In this document: positions 1-9,750 of the stretch, in pieces
How positions within the stretch are numbered: position 1 is the first letter of the stretch
How the letters are laid out: each line of letters begins with the position of its first letter
Source: Marinifilaceae bacterium
GTDB taxonomy: Bacteria > Bacteroidota > Bacteroidia > Bacteroidales > Marinifilaceae
NCBI GenBank assembly: GCA_041846495.1
Contig: JBGZEX010000075.1
Location: 1,238-65,237 of the forward strand
DNA length: 64,000 nucleotides
Direction of reading: 5' to 3'
The notes under the pieces: model-generated
The model's input: the letters and a program-made list of their open reading frames with translations, nothing else
Database searches by the model: none
Told to the model about the DNA's origin: nothing
Program-made: the position numbers and the translations under genes

Positions 1-29
1 TGCATTGTAATTGCCCCTTTTTTAGCCAG

Positions 30-1046
30 ATGATTATCCTCTATGTTTCTCCCGCTTTTTGGATTGGAGCGAGAGGATATAACCTTTTCAGATATGATGT
101 CATCAATAAAAAATGGTCGTATTTCTCCAAATTGAAAGATAAAAAGAATGCTCTGCTGTCGTCATTTTTTTTAACAAGGAGATTGTTTCGTGCAGAGATT
201 ACCCGTTTGTACAGATTCCGGAATGATATTTGGATGTGTATTGCCAAAAAAGGTATATTCCGGTATGATGTGAAGACGAATACTTTTTTGAAATGTCGTA
301 CCGTAGATAGAGGGGCGCGTCCCATGAATTTATGTCAGGATACGATGGGAAATATTTATTATGGGGAATATTACCGTAATCCGGAACGAAAAGAAGTGCA
401 TATCTACAAAACCATGAATGACGGTGATACGTGGCAAAGAGCGTATACGTTTCCGAAAGGCACGATTAATCATATTCATGGATTGTTTAATGATCCCTAT
501 AGTGAAAAATTGTGGGTTGCAACGGGGGATGAGGATTCCGCATGTATTTTCGGTTATACGGAAGATGGGTTTCGAACATTTGTAGCACAGTATCAAGGTA
601 GCCAACAATATCGTATTTGCGTTCCGTTATTTTATAAAGATTTTATTGTTTTCGCTACCGATTCTCAATATAAGCCTAATGTTATTCGTAAGATAGATCG
701 GAAGACTGGGACTATAACGGATTTGCAGGAGATTCAAGGTTCCGGTATTTATGCTGTTCAAATAGGAAATAACGCGGCTATTTCTACGACCGTTGAACCT
801 TCGAGTATCAATACTGATAAGAATTCCTATTTGTGGTTTTCTCCTGACGGAGAACATTGGAAAGAAGTGTTGCATTATCGGAAGGATATATGGGAGAAAA
901 CTTATTTCCAGTTTGGAAGTATTCGTTTCCCCATTTACGAAGTGTCGCCTGAGTTGCCCTACGAACATCTCATTATTACCGGACGGGCATTACGTAAATT
1001 GGATGGAAAGAGTTTGGTGCTATCATTACAAAATGTACGGAGATGA
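30..1046 (+). CDS. BNR/Asp-box repeat protein (sialidase-like beta-propeller), possibly truncated at its 5' end by the window edge
   Basis: 338-aa ORF with Asp-box-like motifs NDGDTW and SPDGEHW. The frame has no stop between nt 3 and the ATG at 30. ATGA overlap with the next gene. Confidence 0.45.
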   Translation: MIILYVSPAFWIGARGYNLFRYDVINKKWSYFSKLKDKKNALLSSFFLTRRLFRAEITRLYRFRNDIWMCIAKKGIFRYDVKTNTFLKCRTVDRGARPMNLCQDTMGNIYYGEYYRNPERKEVHIYKTMNDGDTWQRAYTFPKGTINHIHGLFNDPYSEKLWVATGDEDSACIFGYTEDGFRTFVAQYQGSQQYRICVPLFYKDFIVFATDSQYKPNVIRKIDRKTGTITDLQEIQGSGIYAVQIGNNAAISTTVEPSSINTDKNSYLWFSPDGEHWKEVLHYRKDIWEKTYFQFGSIRFPIYEVSPELPYEHLIITGRALRKLDGKSLVLSLQNVRR

Positions 1047-2263
1047 GGATATTATTAATTACTCAGTATTTTTATCCGGAAAATTTTAAGAGCAATGATA
1101 TCGCTTTCGGTTTGGTTGAGCGAGGGTATGAGGTAGATGCCTTGGTAGGAATACCGAATTATCCGGTGGGGAAATATTTTAAAGGATACGGAATATTCAA
1201 AAAGCGTATCCAACGGATAAATGGAGTCAAGGTCTTCCGTTCTTTTCAGTTCCCTCGGGGTAGAGGAAATAAGTTCTTGCTGACGTTGAATTATATAAGC
1301 TATGTGATTTCGGCTTGTTGTCACATCCTTTTGTATTTTGTATGGAGAAAATACGATGCGGTAATTGTGCATGAACCTTCTCCCATATTTCAGGTATATC
1401 CTGCAATGCTTTTGAAGAAATTGAGAAAACTCCCTTTGTATTTGTGGGTGTTGGATATATGGCCGGATGCGATGATGTCCGGAGGAGGAATAAGGAATAG
1501 ATATGTTTTGTCCGTTGTAAATAAAATGGTTATAGGGATTTATAAGCATTGCGATAAAATACTTATAAGCAGCAGGCGATTTACCGAGTCTATTTTGTCG
1601 AAGGGGAATTTTGAGAATAAGATCATTTATTTCCCCAATTGGAGTGAGGATTTGTCGAAGGCGGACTCGACTTATCCTGTTCCCGGATTGCCGGAGGGGT
1701 TCGTAATTATGTTGGCAGGTAATCTGGGACGTTCCCAAAATTTGGATGCTATTATAGAAGCGATTGAGATTTTGCTGGATATAAAAGAATTGAAATGGGT
1801 GTTTGTGGGAGACGGGAGTAAAAAAGAATGGCTGGATGTCTACATAAAGGAGCGTAATTTGACCGACAGAGTTTTTACGTTAGGCCGCTTTCCGCCGGAG
1901 GCCATGCCTGCATTTTTCAGCAAAGCCGATGCCTTGCTGGTAAGTTTGAGAGGCGGATTCCCTCATTTGGGCATGGTTGTTCCCGCTCGTTTGCAAGCTT
2001 ATATGTCGGCAGGACGTCCGGTATTGGCGATGATAGGTGATGGAGGTGCGGATATTATAAGGGAATCGAATTGCGGTTATGCCGTTCCTGCAGGTGATTA
2101 TAAAGCTCTTGCAGATATAATACGGAATAAAGTAATTGCAAATAGAGAGGATTTTGAAAAAATGGGAGAAAACGGGCGTTTGTTTTTTGAAAAAGAATTT
2201 CGAAAAGATATTTGTATTGATAATTTGTGTAAAATACTTAAGAGGGGAATAAAAAATGGTTAG
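1043..2263 (+). CDS. Glycosyltransferase family 4 (WcaI/WbuB-like)
   Basis: 406 aa. N-terminus MRILLITQYFYPENFKSNDI and the C-terminal GT-B region (GRFPPE..VPARLQAYMSAGRPVLA) are typical of WcaI-type GT4 enzymes. Confidence 0.8.
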   Translation: MRILLITQYFYPENFKSNDIAFGLVERGYEVDALVGIPNYPVGKYFKGYGIFKKRIQRINGVKVFRSFQFPRGRGNKFLLTLNYISYVISACCHILLYFVWRKYDAVIVHEPSPIFQVYPAMLLKKLRKLPLYLWVLDIWPDAMMSGGGIRNRYVLSVVNKMVIGIYKHCDKILISSRRFTESILSKGNFENKIIYFPNWSEDLSKADSTYPVPGLPEGFVIMLAGNLGRSQNLDAIIEAIEILLDIKELKWVFVGDGSKKEWLDVYIKERNLTDRVFTLGRFPPEAMPAFFSKADALLVSLRGGFPHLGMVVPARLQAYMSAGRPVLAMIGDGGADIIRESNCGYAVPAGDYKALADIIRNKVIANREDFEKMGENGRLFFEKEFRKDICIDNLCKILKRGIKNG

Positions 2264-2840
2264 AAAATTGAGTTTGACCTATCGATTCCTGCGCTTTATA
2301 GGCTTGAATTATTCTGAGGAAGAATACGGGGATGTGAATATATTGAAAGTTATAGGTAAGTTTTTTGGGAATATATATCATGCTTTGTTGTTAAGTATGA
2401 TGAATTGGGTGATTTTTGAACCCTTTAATCCGAGGATGTTGAGACCCTTTTTATTGAGAAGATTGGGTTGTAAGGTGGGGAAGGGGGTATTTATCGGAGA
2501 TCATGTCATTGTTGATTTAAATCATGCAGATTGTATAATTTTAGAAGATCATGTCCATATTGCCAGTGGAAGTCGGTTATTATGTCATCAGCGAGATTTA
2601 ACAAATTATTGTGTGGGCGACGATTATGCAAAATTAGGTTATAAACTGGGGATGATTTGCATGAAAAGAGGATGCTTGATTGGTATGGAAACGATGATAA
2701 TGCCCGGAGTTACGATAGGAGAAGGTGCTATTGTGGGAGCAGGCTCTTTGGTTACAAAGGATATTCCGGCTTGGACCATTGCTTCGGGGAGGCCTGCTAA
2801 AGTCGTAAAAAATATACCGGTAAGAACGAATGAGGTATGA
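2256..2840 (+). CDS. Hexapeptide-repeat (LbH) acyl/acetyltransferase
   Basis: 194 aa. Left-handed beta-helix repeats (GVFIGDHVIVD, HVHIASGSRLL, GVTIGEGAIVGAGSLV). 8-nt overlap with the upstream gene. Confidence 0.8.
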   Translation: MVRKLSLTYRFLRFIGLNYSEEEYGDVNILKVIGKFFGNIYHALLLSMMNWVIFEPFNPRMLRPFLLRRLGCKVGKGVFIGDHVIVDLNHADCIILEDHVHIASGSRLLCHQRDLTNYCVGDDYAKLGYKLGMICMKRGCLIGMETMIMPGVTIGEGAIVGAGSLVTKDIPAWTIASGRPAKVVKNIPVRTNEV

Positions 2841-3694
2841 ATATTCTTACTTTTGATATTGAAGATTGGTATAATTGCGACTTTATTTCAGGTGAGCTGG
2901 ATTGGGATAAGTACGAGGTGCGTATTTATGAGGGGGTGGAACGTATATTGGAAGAACTCGAACGACGGGAACAAAAAGGGACATTTTTTTGCTTGGGTTG
3001 GATAGCGGAAAAACATCCTGAGGTGATTCGAGCCATATATCGGAACGGACATCATTTGGGATGCCATTCCTATCAGCATGAACTTTCTTCCGGATTTTGT
3101 CGAGAGGAATTCAAAAAAGATACCCTGAAAGCTAAGCATTTGATAGAGGATGTTATCGGGGAGGAAATAAAAGCTTTTCGTGCTCCCGGTTTTTCGATTA
3201 CCCAAAATAATGTATGGGCATTAAGGGCTTTGGTGGAGATGGGATTTGAATATGATTGTTCGATATTCCCTTCTTCGCATGATTACGGAGGTATGATGAG
3301 TTATGGAGCGGGAGTTCCCAAAAGAATAAATGTGGGAGACGGATTGTTTATCAAGGAATTTCCGATAAATATCCGTAAGCTGCTGAATAAAACCGTCGTT
3401 TTTTCCGGGGGAGGATATTTTAGATTGTTTCCCTATAGCTTGATTAAACGTTGGGGAAAGACTTCCGATTATATGATGACTTATTTTCATCCGAGAGATT
3501 TCGATACGGGACAGCCCGTTATGGAAGGTTTACCTTTGATAAGACGTTTTAAGAGTTATGTCGGTATAAAGAAGGCATTTTATAAATTTAAAATGTTTTT
3601 GGATGATTTTGCTTTTTGCAGTGTAGCAGAGGCCGATAAGGAAATAGACTGGGAAAAAGCGGATGTGATTAGTTTATTCGATTTGGAAAAATAG
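2837..3694 (+). CDS. Polysaccharide deacetylase family protein (DUF3473-type)
   Basis: 285 aa. N-terminus MNILTFDIEDWYN and the HSYQH motif are typical of the EPS-locus deacetylase subfamily. 4-nt overlap with the upstream gene. Confidence 0.7.
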   Translation: MNILTFDIEDWYNCDFISGELDWDKYEVRIYEGVERILEELERREQKGTFFCLGWIAEKHPEVIRAIYRNGHHLGCHSYQHELSSGFCREEFKKDTLKAKHLIEDVIGEEIKAFRAPGFSITQNNVWALRALVEMGFEYDCSIFPSSHDYGGMMSYGAGVPKRINVGDGLFIKEFPINIRKLLNKTVVFSGGGYFRLFPYSLIKRWGKTSDYMMTYFHPRDFDTGQPVMEGLPLIRRFKSYVGIKKAFYKFKMFLDDFAFCSVAEADKEIDWEKADVISLFDLEK

Positions 3695-3705
3695 ATTGTT
3701 TATCG

Positions 3706-4647
3706 ATGAAAGTACTTATTACAGGCATAAATGGATTTGTCGGTTCTAACTTTTCCCGTAAATGGAATGGGAAGTATATTCTGTATGGATTGGATATCAA
3801 TCCAATCTTAAATGCAGGAGTGAAAAAAATATTTGCATGGGAACAATTGAAGGATATTCCTCATACGGATGCTATTATCCATTTGGCGGGGAAAGCCCAC
3901 GATACGAAGGATAGCAGCCTTGCAAACTCTTATTTTGAGATAAATACCTGTTTGACACAAAAAGTTTTCGACTATTTTCTGCAATCGGAAGCACGGACAT
4001 TCATTTTTTTCAGTTCGGTAAAAGCGGCAGCGGACACTGTGGAAGGAGATATACTTACCGAAGAAATTATTCCGAAGCCCGTTGGCCCTTACGGCGAATC
4101 GAAAATTAAAGCTGAAGAGTATATTCTGACCCGAAGTCGGGAATTGAAAATAGGGAATAAGAGAATATTCATTCTTCGTCCGGCAATGATTTACGGACCG
4201 GGCAACAAAGGTAATCTGAACCTGTTATACAATGTGGTAAGAAAAGGTATTCCCTGGCCTTTGGGTGCCTATGAAAACAAACGTTCATTTTGCTCTGTCA
4301 ATAACATTGCTTATGTGGTGGAGCAGTTGATGGTTCGTGAAAATATAGAAAGCGGTATTTATCATATGTGCGATGACCAAGCGTTGTCGACAAACGAGTT
4401 GATTCGACTGATTGCGACATCGTTGGGGAAAAAGGCACATATCTGGAAATTCCCCCGGAACCTGGTAAATGTTTTGGCAGGTATCGGAAGTGTGCTTCAT
4501 TTGCCGCTAAACAGGGAGCGACTGAAAAAACTTACCGAAAACTATGTTGTCTCCAACGAAAAAATAAAACATGCCTTGAATATTGCGCAACTTCCGGATA
4601 GCCTGCCGGAAGGCTTGATGAGAACGTTTGACAGCTTTAGAAAATAA
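3706..4647 (+). CDS. NAD-dependent epimerase/dehydratase (extended SDR)
   Basis: 313 aa. Rossmann motif GINGFVGSN and catalytic YGESK (YxxxK). Confidence 0.8.
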   Translation: MKVLITGINGFVGSNFSRKWNGKYILYGLDINPILNAGVKKIFAWEQLKDIPHTDAIIHLAGKAHDTKDSSLANSYFEINTCLTQKVFDYFLQSEARTFIFFSSVKAAADTVEGDILTEEIIPKPVGPYGESKIKAEEYILTRSRELKIGNKRIFILRPAMIYGPGNKGNLNLLYNVVRKGIPWPLGAYENKRSFCSVNNIAYVVEQLMVRENIESGIYHMCDDQALSTNELIRLIATSLGKKAHIWKFPRNLVNVLAGIGSVLHLPLNRERLKKLTENYVVSNEKIKHALNIAQLPDSLPEGLMRTFDSFRK

Positions 4648-4652
4648 ATAAT

Positions 4653-5201
4653 ATGCAACGATTTTTCGATTTTACATTCTCGTTTTTGGGAATTCTGTTT
4701 TTGTGTCCGGTAGGTGTAGTACTGTATATCATCGGATTGTTTGATACCGGTTCGCCATTGTTTTTGCAGCAGCGTGTCGGTAAGGGCAAAAAACCGTTCA
4801 CTCTTATCAAGTTCCGTACCATGCGGAAAGGTACACAATCTGTTGCTACACACTTGACAAATCAAAATGCTATTACGAAATACGGTGCTTTTTTGCGACG
4901 TACAAAATTGGATGAACTGCCGCAGTTGTTGAATGTTTTGAAAGGTGACATGAGCTTGGTGGGTGCGCGTCCCAATCTTTTTAATCAGACGGAATTGATT
5001 GATGAGAGGGAGAAGCGGGGAGTGTATAATTATTTGCCCGGGATAACGGGTTTGGCGCAGATTAATGAAATTGATATGTCTACTCCTGTAAAATTGGCTG
5101 AGAAGGATGCTGAAATGTATGAAATATTGGATTTAAAGAAGTATTTTTATTATATTTTTGCGACTATTGGGGGTAAAGGACAGGGAGATAGGGTGAAATG
5201 A
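4653..5201 (+). CDS. Initiating sugar-phosphate transferase (bacterial sugar transferase family, PglC/WbaP C-terminal-like)
   Basis: 182 aa. One N-terminal hydrophobic helix, KFRTM, DELPQLLNVLKGDMSLVGARP. Confidence 0.85.
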   Translation: MQRFFDFTFSFLGILFLCPVGVVLYIIGLFDTGSPLFLQQRVGKGKKPFTLIKFRTMRKGTQSVATHLTNQNAITKYGAFLRRTKLDELPQLLNVLKGDMSLVGARPNLFNQTELIDEREKRGVYNYLPGITGLAQINEIDMSTPVKLAEKDAEMYEILDLKKYFYYIFATIGGKGQGDRVK

Positions 5202-5268
5202 TTCGGGAGGTGTGGTTATATTTGACTTTTATAAGTAATGATAGATTGTAAGTTAATATATTGAGGAT

Positions 5269-7644
5269 ATGAAAAAATGGTATTTAGTTCTAATCTTATG
5301 CTGTTTGGGCGGTTCGGTTTTTGCACAAATATCGGATTCGGAGGTAAAAAATATGGTGAAGCAGGCCTATGCCGAAGGAAAATCCAAAGAAGAAATTGCG
5401 GTTATGCTTTTGACAAAAGGCGTAAGTCGGGAAGATGTAGAGCGTTTAAAGGCGGATTATGAAAAAATAGGAAAGGGGAAATCCGCCGAAGATATATCGA
5501 AGAGCAATACCCGGGAACGCCTGAATATGAATTATGCAGGCGTGGAGAAGGATAGTTCCGCAATACGGAACGAAATTTCGGATGTGTTCGGGAGAGCGAT
5601 GTTCAGGAATAATAACCTTACATTCGAACCTCAACTCAATATACCTACTCCGGATAATTACGTGTTGGGGCCGGGGGATGAGATTGTCGTCGATATATGG
5701 GGAAATTCGGAAATGACATTGAGGCAGGTGATATCGCCCGAAGGTACGATTAACGTATCCAATCTCGGTCCTCTTTATTTGAACGGCAAAAATATACGGG
5801 AAGCCGCATTTTATTTGAAGACGATGTTTTCCCGCATATTTTCGGATTTATCGGGACAGAAACCCGGGACGTTTTTAAAGTTGTCGTTGGGACAAATTCG
5901 GAGTATAAGAGTGAATATTGTGGGAGAGGTCGTTATGCCGGGCACTTATACCCTCCCTTCTTTGGCGACTTTATATCACGCTCTGTATGCGGCGGGAGGA
6001 GTAAACGATATGGGAACTTTGCGGAATATATACGTATACCGGAAAGGTGTGCGTATAGCGCGGATAGATGTTTACGATTATATCCTCAATGGGGATAACA
6101 GAGGGGATATCCGTTTGGAAGACGGAGATTTGATAAGCATTGCGACCTATGATAAGCTGGTCGTTCTTAAAGGAGAATTCAAACGTCCGATGACCTATGA
6201 GATGAAAGAAGGAGAAACTCTGAGTGTAGCGTTGAATTATGCCGGAGGATTTTCCGGAGATGCATATAAGTCCTGTGTGACGGTAAGGCGTAAAGGAGAT
6301 AAGGAATTCAAACTGTTTACGGTCGAAAATAAGGATTTCGGAAATTTTGTTCTGTGGAATGGGGATAGTGTGACGGTCAATAGAATATCGGATAGGTACG
6401 AAAATAGGGTGATACTTACCGGAGCCGTGAAACGCCCCGGTGACTATGCTCTCGGAAACAAAATCCGGACTGTAAGGGATTTGATGAAAATGGCTGACGG
6501 ACCGAAAGGGGACGCTTTTCTTACTCGAGCCATACTTTATAGGGAAAAAGAGGATTTGACAAAAGAGGTCATACCTGTGGATATGGAGAAATTGCTTTCC
6601 GGAGAAATTGCAGATGTGGAACTCCGTCCGGAAGATCAACTTTATATTCCTTCGAAAAATGCAATTCGGGAAGGGTATGTAATAAATATTAAAGGAGAAG
6701 TGCGTAATCCCGGAGAATACGATTTTATGGATAATATGACTTTGGAAGATGCGGTAATACGTGCCGGAGGTTTGAACGAATCGGCCTCCGTCGTGCGCGT
6801 GGATGTTGCCAGAAGAATTAAGGATCCCAAAGGGATAAAAGAAATCGATTCGGATGCCGAGTTGTATTCTTTTGCTCTTAAGGATAATTTGGTGGTGGAC
6901 GGCATACGGGGATTCGTATTGGAACCTTTCGACGAAATTTATGTCCGCCGTTCCCCTGTTTACAGGGAACAGCAGAATGTGACGGTGAAGGGAGAGGTGT
7001 TGTATGCGGGAGTTTATGCTAAGGAGACGGTGAATTCCCGGATTTCGGAGTTGGTAAAAAGAGCCGGTGGCGTTACTTCCAAAGCTTATGTAAAAGGTGC
7101 CCGATTGATGAGGAAGATGACTCCGGAACAACGGTTTAAAATGGAAACCGCTTTGAGGTTATCGAAAACTTCCGGAAATGATTCCATCGGAGAGAATGAG
7201 ATAAAGATACCGGATAATTACATCGTCGCAATAGAATTGGAAAAAGCGTTGGCCAATCCCGGTTCGGATGATGATGTGGTGATGGAAGAAGGAGATGAAC
7301 TCATCGTTCCCGCCTATGACGGAACGGTAAGAATAAGCGGGGCGGTAATGCGGCCCAATACCGTTGTCTATAAAAAAGGAATGAAATTTTGTGATTATAT
7401 AGAAAATGCCGGAGGTTTCGGATTTAGGGCTAAAAAACGCAAAGCTTTCGTGATTTATGCGAACGGAAAAGTCGCCGTACGCAAAATAGGGAGAAATCCG
7501 AAAATCGAACCGGGATGCGAAATTATAGTTCCGATGAAAAATAAGGATAGGATGCTGAGCTTCCCGGAAGTATTGAGTATGGGAAGTTCTCTTACTTCCA
7601 TGCTGGGCATGATTACTTATATGATTAATACAACCACAAAGTGA
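5269..7644 (+). CDS. wza: Polysaccharide export outer-membrane protein (Wza-like; Poly_export plus multiple SLBB domains)
   Basis: 791 aa. Signal peptide, Poly_export motif PDNYVLGPGDEIVVDIWG, and repeated SLBB-like segments (GEV..PG.Y). Confidence 0.85.
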   Translation: MKKWYLVLILCCLGGSVFAQISDSEVKNMVKQAYAEGKSKEEIAVMLLTKGVSREDVERLKADYEKIGKGKSAEDISKSNTRERLNMNYAGVEKDSSAIRNEISDVFGRAMFRNNNLTFEPQLNIPTPDNYVLGPGDEIVVDIWGNSEMTLRQVISPEGTINVSNLGPLYLNGKNIREAAFYLKTMFSRIFSDLSGQKPGTFLKLSLGQIRSIRVNIVGEVVMPGTYTLPSLATLYHALYAAGGVNDMGTLRNIYVYRKGVRIARIDVYDYILNGDNRGDIRLEDGDLISIATYDKLVVLKGEFKRPMTYEMKEGETLSVALNYAGGFSGDAYKSCVTVRRKGDKEFKLFTVENKDFGNFVLWNGDSVTVNRISDRYENRVILTGAVKRPGDYALGNKIRTVRDLMKMADGPKGDAFLTRAILYREKEDLTKEVIPVDMEKLLSGEIADVELRPEDQLYIPSKNAIREGYVINIKGEVRNPGEYDFMDNMTLEDAVIRAGGLNESASVVRVDVARRIKDPKGIKEIDSDAELYSFALKDNLVVDGIRGFVLEPFDEIYVRRSPVYREQQNVTVKGEVLYAGVYAKETVNSRISELVKRAGGVTSKAYVKGARLMRKMTPEQRFKMETALRLSKTSGNDSIGENEIKIPDNYIVAIELEKALANPGSDDDVVMEEGDELIVPAYDGTVRISGAVMRPNTVVYKKGMKFCDYIENAGGFGFRAKKRKAFVIYANGKVAVRKIGRNPKIEPGCEIIVPMKNKDRMLSFPEVLSMGSSLTSMLGMITYMINTTTK

Positions 7645-8771
7645 TGGAGAAGGATATGGGAAAAATCCGGGAAAATCCGGGAGAAATCGAAATGGCGGAT
7701 ATTGTGCGCAAACTCTATCGCAACCGTCGTTTTATATTCAGAGTCTCGGGAATATTTTTAGTATTGGGTATATTGCATGCATTTACTTCCGCCAGTGTTT
7801 ATACGGCTCAATGTACGGTAGTTCCTCAAATAACCAAGGATGCCTCTATGGGAGGACTGAGCGGCCTGGCTGCCATGGCCGGCATTAATCTCGGTTCGGT
7901 GAATATGGCTAAGGAACTTTCGCCTTTGGTGTATCCCAAGATTATGAAAAATGTAGAATTTCGTAAAGAGTTGATGATGACTCCGTTGAAATTCAAGAAG
8001 TTCGAATATCCCGTTTCGGTTTACGACTATTGTACCGACCCGAAATACCGTTCTTTTAATCTGAAGGCTTTTGTTTGGAAATATACCGTAGGATTGCCCG
8101 GATTGATATTGAAAACCCTCTCGAAAGAAGATACGCTCCGGAAGTCTTCCGGGCCGGAAGTCGGTATATTGTATGTTTCGAAAAAGGAAATGCAGGTAGC
8201 CGATTTTTTGGAGAAGGTGCTGACTTTGAATGTAGACAGGAAGGAAGGTATCGTAACGCTCTCGGCAACTCTCCCCGATCCTCTGGCGGCAGCTGAATTG
8301 ACGGATAAAACCCTGAAGCTTTTGCAAAAATATATAACGGAGTTTAAAATTCAGAAAGTTGCTTCTAATCTTCAGTTTGTGGAAGAACGCTATCATGAAG
8401 TGAAGAAAAATTTCGAGGATAAGCAGGAAGAGTTGGCCCGGTTTAAAGATGCCAACCTGAGTTTTTCCTCTGCGACGGCTCAAATTCGGGAAGAAAAACT
8501 CCGTTCGGAATATACCCTTATCTACAGTGTATATACGGAATTGGCCAAACAATTGGAACAGTCCCGCATAGCCGTAAAAGAGACTACGCCCATATTGGGT
8601 GTGGTGGAACCGGTAGTCGTTCCCGTGAGACCTTCTGCTCCCCGTCGCATGTTTATTTTGGTCGTTTCCGTATTCCTCGGTTTTGTACTTGCCGTAGGTT
8701 ATTTGTTTACGGCTCCTTTTATTGCGGGGATAACCGGAAATAAAAGACTTCTCAAATGGTATAAAGATTAG
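7644..8771 (+). CDS. wzz: Chain-length determinant protein (Wzz family, no kinase domain)
   Basis: N- and C-terminal TM helices flank a coiled-coil periplasmic region. The ATG at 7644 overlaps the wza stop (TGATG). The ORF track begins at GTG 7641. Confidence 0.75.
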   Translation: MEKDMGKIRENPGEIEMADIVRKLYRNRRFIFRVSGIFLVLGILHAFTSASVYTAQCTVVPQITKDASMGGLSGLAAMAGINLGSVNMAKELSPLVYPKIMKNVEFRKELMMTPLKFKKFEYPVSVYDYCTDPKYRSFNLKAFVWKYTVGLPGLILKTLSKEDTLRKSSGPEVGILYVSKKEMQVADFLEKVLTLNVDRKEGIVTLSATLPDPLAAAELTDKTLKLLQKYITEFKIQKVASNLQFVEERYHEVKKNFEDKQEELARFKDANLSFSSATAQIREEKLRSEYTLIYSVYTELAKQLEQSRIAVKETTPILGVVEPVVVPVRPSAPRRMFILVVSVFLGFVLAVGYLFTAPFIAGITGNKRLLKWYKD

Positions 8772-8775
8772 ATTT

Positions 8776-9012
8776 ATGGATAATTTAAGCAGGTACCGGG
8801 AAATATTCTCCGGAAGTTTTAAAATACCGGTCGAGCGTTTACCGGGTTTGAAGTATCAGGAAATTCCTTTATGGGATTCCATAGGGCACATGGCCCTGGT
8901 TTCTGCAATCGAAGATGCTTTTGATGTGATGTTGGAAACGGATGATATTATCGATTTTTCGTCTTACGAAAAAGGGATTGAAATTTTGAAAAAATATGGA
9001 GTCGAATTCTGA
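8776..9012 (+). CDS. Acyl carrier protein (stand-alone, phosphopantetheine-binding)
   Basis: 78 aa. Carrier-protein size and the LWDSIGHMALV motif, with the Ser in a DS context. Confidence 0.75.
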   Translation: MDNLSRYREIFSGSFKIPVERLPGLKYQEIPLWDSIGHMALVSAIEDAFDVMLETDDIIDFSSYEKGIEILKKYGVEF

Positions 9013-9736
9013 ATTGTTAAAAGGGAAGGTAGCTCTTATAACGGGTTGCAACAGAGGAATAGGTAAAGCCGTTTCGGATGTATTCGTCGAGAACGGAGCT
9101 TTCGTGTATGCCGTGGCCCGCAAACCGGATTCGTTGAAATTTTACGAATCGCATCCGAATGTACATCCGGTTTATTTGGATATAACCGACAGACCTGCGG
9201 TAAGAGAACTTTTCCTTTTGATAAAAAAACAATCCGGACGTCTCGATATCCTCGTCAATAATGCCGGTGTCATGAGAGATGCCGTTTTGGGGATGATTAC
9301 CGATGACGATATGGAATATAGTTTCAGAACGAATGTATTTGCAGGTATATTGATGATGCAGTATGCGGCAAAGTCGATGCTCCGACAGAAGAGCGGTTCG
9401 ATTATCAACCTCGCTTCTATTATGGGGCGATGCGGAAATGCCGGTCAAATCGTTTATTCTGCAAGCAAAGGAGCTGTGATTGCAATGACGAAATCTGCAG
9501 CCAAAGAGCTGGCTCCGAGTTGTATAAGGGTGAACGCCATCGCTCCCGGCATTATCGAAACGGATATGTTTATGGGAGTTCCCGAAGAAAAACGGGAAGC
9601 CTTGAGAAAACGGGTAGGGATGGGACATATGGGTTCTCCTGAAGATGTGGCGAATGCGGCCCTCTTCCTTGCTTCCGATTTGTCGCTTTATGTTTCGGGA
9701 CAGATATTGGGTGTGGACGGTATGATGTCGTATTAA
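8996..9736 (+). CDS. SDR oxidoreductase, 3-oxoacyl-ACP reductase (FabG)-like
   Basis: 246 aa. TGCNRGIGKA (TGxxxGIG), NNAG, YSASKGAV (YxxxK). 17-nt overlap with the ACP gene. Confidence 0.85.
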   Translation: MESNSELLKGKVALITGCNRGIGKAVSDVFVENGAFVYAVARKPDSLKFYESHPNVHPVYLDITDRPAVRELFLLIKKQSGRLDILVNNAGVMRDAVLGMITDDDMEYSFRTNVFAGILMMQYAAKSMLRQKSGSIINLASIMGRCGNAGQIVYSASKGAVIAMTKSAAKELAPSCIRVNAIAPGIIETDMFMGVPEEKREALRKRVGMGHMGSPEDVANAALFLASDLSLYVSGQILGVDGMMSY

Positions 9737-9750
9737 AATTATTATATATT

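Noticed and set aside
5971-7131. 386-aa minus-strand ORF
   Set aside because: It lies entirely antisense within the well-supported Wza-like CDS. It has no recognisable motifs and a skewed His/Ile/Phe/Arg-rich composition typical of shadow ORFs.
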